A stretch of 57,312 bases of DNA from a virus (Duplodnaviria; Caudoviricetes), in IMG/VR virus record IMGVR_UViG_3300022725_000257, positions 1 through 57,312 of that record, one strand, 5' to 3'. Both the position numbers and the translations under genes were made by a program. The notes under the pieces were generated by a model. That model had not been told where the DNA came from. It made no database searches and was given only the letters and a program-made list of their open reading frames with translations. The stretch's first letter is position 1; each line of letters opens with the position of its first letter. Shown here one piece after another: positions 56,979 to 57,312 of the stretch.

Positions 56979-57173
56979 ATGAGCACAGATGTAGAAAAAT
57001 TAGATTGGGAAAAGGCAAGAGATTATTTGTCTCGATGTGAAGAGGCATATACCGCTATTGGTAGTGCTGGATCATTTGCAATGAATTTTGTGATAACGCC
57101 TTTGCGCGATAGGCTTAATTCAGGTGAAAGAACTGAACAGCTATACAATGAGATTATGGAGATTGCAATATAG
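56979..57173 (+). CDS. Small hypothetical phage protein; cassette gene
   Basis: 64 aa ending SGERTEQLYNEIMEI; bounded by a 13-bp perfect inverted repeat. Confidence 0.75.
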   Translation: MSTDVEKLDWEKARDYLSRCEEAYTAIGSAGSFAMNFVITPLRDRLNSGERTEQLYNEIMEIAI

Positions 57174-57185
57174 CGGAGTGTGTTT

Positions 57186-57312
57186 ATAACGTGGTAGCGT
57201 ATAACGGGCGCAGAGATTATGAGTGAATTAAAGACTGAAAATATCGAACTAACTGAAACCGAAAACAACGGCAAGTCTGCGTCCGCAGTTGATACGCATT
57301 GTTATAGCAACG
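57186..57312. repeat. Terminal direct repeat, copy 2
   Basis: Identical to 1..127. Confidence 0.95.

Larger units (their letters stand above)
54551..57312 (+). mobile_element. Integron-like gene cassette array I, left part (continues through the origin to 903; 9 cassettes in total)
   Basis: Single genes alternating with attC-like hairpins; each unit has complementary GTTA.../...TAAC ends. Confidence 0.85.

Noticed and set aside
54551-57312. Hairpins as a CRISPR array or simple Rho-independent terminators
   Set aside because: Repeats are not identical, intervening units are whole genes, there are no U-tails or cas genes, and unit-specific end complementarity is unexplained by either.

Overview
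Apparently complete, circularly permuted dsDNA tailed-phage genome of about 57,185 bp; the first and last 127 nt are identical. The structural module looks podovirus-like: portal, scaffold, major capsid, tail adaptor/nozzle and three ejection proteins. The DUF4373-type initiator and A-rich, SD-less starts suggest a Bacteroidota/FCB-group host (inference). Layout: leftward early/replication arm (4.7-21.5 kb: DnaB, initiator, Rad52-like SSAP, SSB, resolvase, split ArdC, beta-clamp-like gene, repeated promoter modules) and rightward late arm (22.5-54.3 kb: TerS, tyrosine recombinase, TerL, structural and lysis genes). The standout is 54.5 kb -> origin -> 4.4 kb: two arrays holding 13 single-gene units, each preceded by an attC-like site (one a half-site, two decayed). 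Twelve units are bounded by their own private 10-13 bp inverted repeat (GTTA...TAAC), the footprint expected of integron-type cassettes. The hairpins are inverted relative to classical integrons, six hold the next gene's start codon in the loop, and no IntI is encoded. Other notable items: three 21-bp-phased TGTTAACA triplets, a symmetric bidirectional promoter, an overprinted ORF in the C5-MTase, a 23-bp duplication frameshifting an early gene, and three GAUC-loop hairpins ahead of a capsid gene with a hydrophobic N-terminus. All product calls come from motif recognition by eye; no database searches were run.
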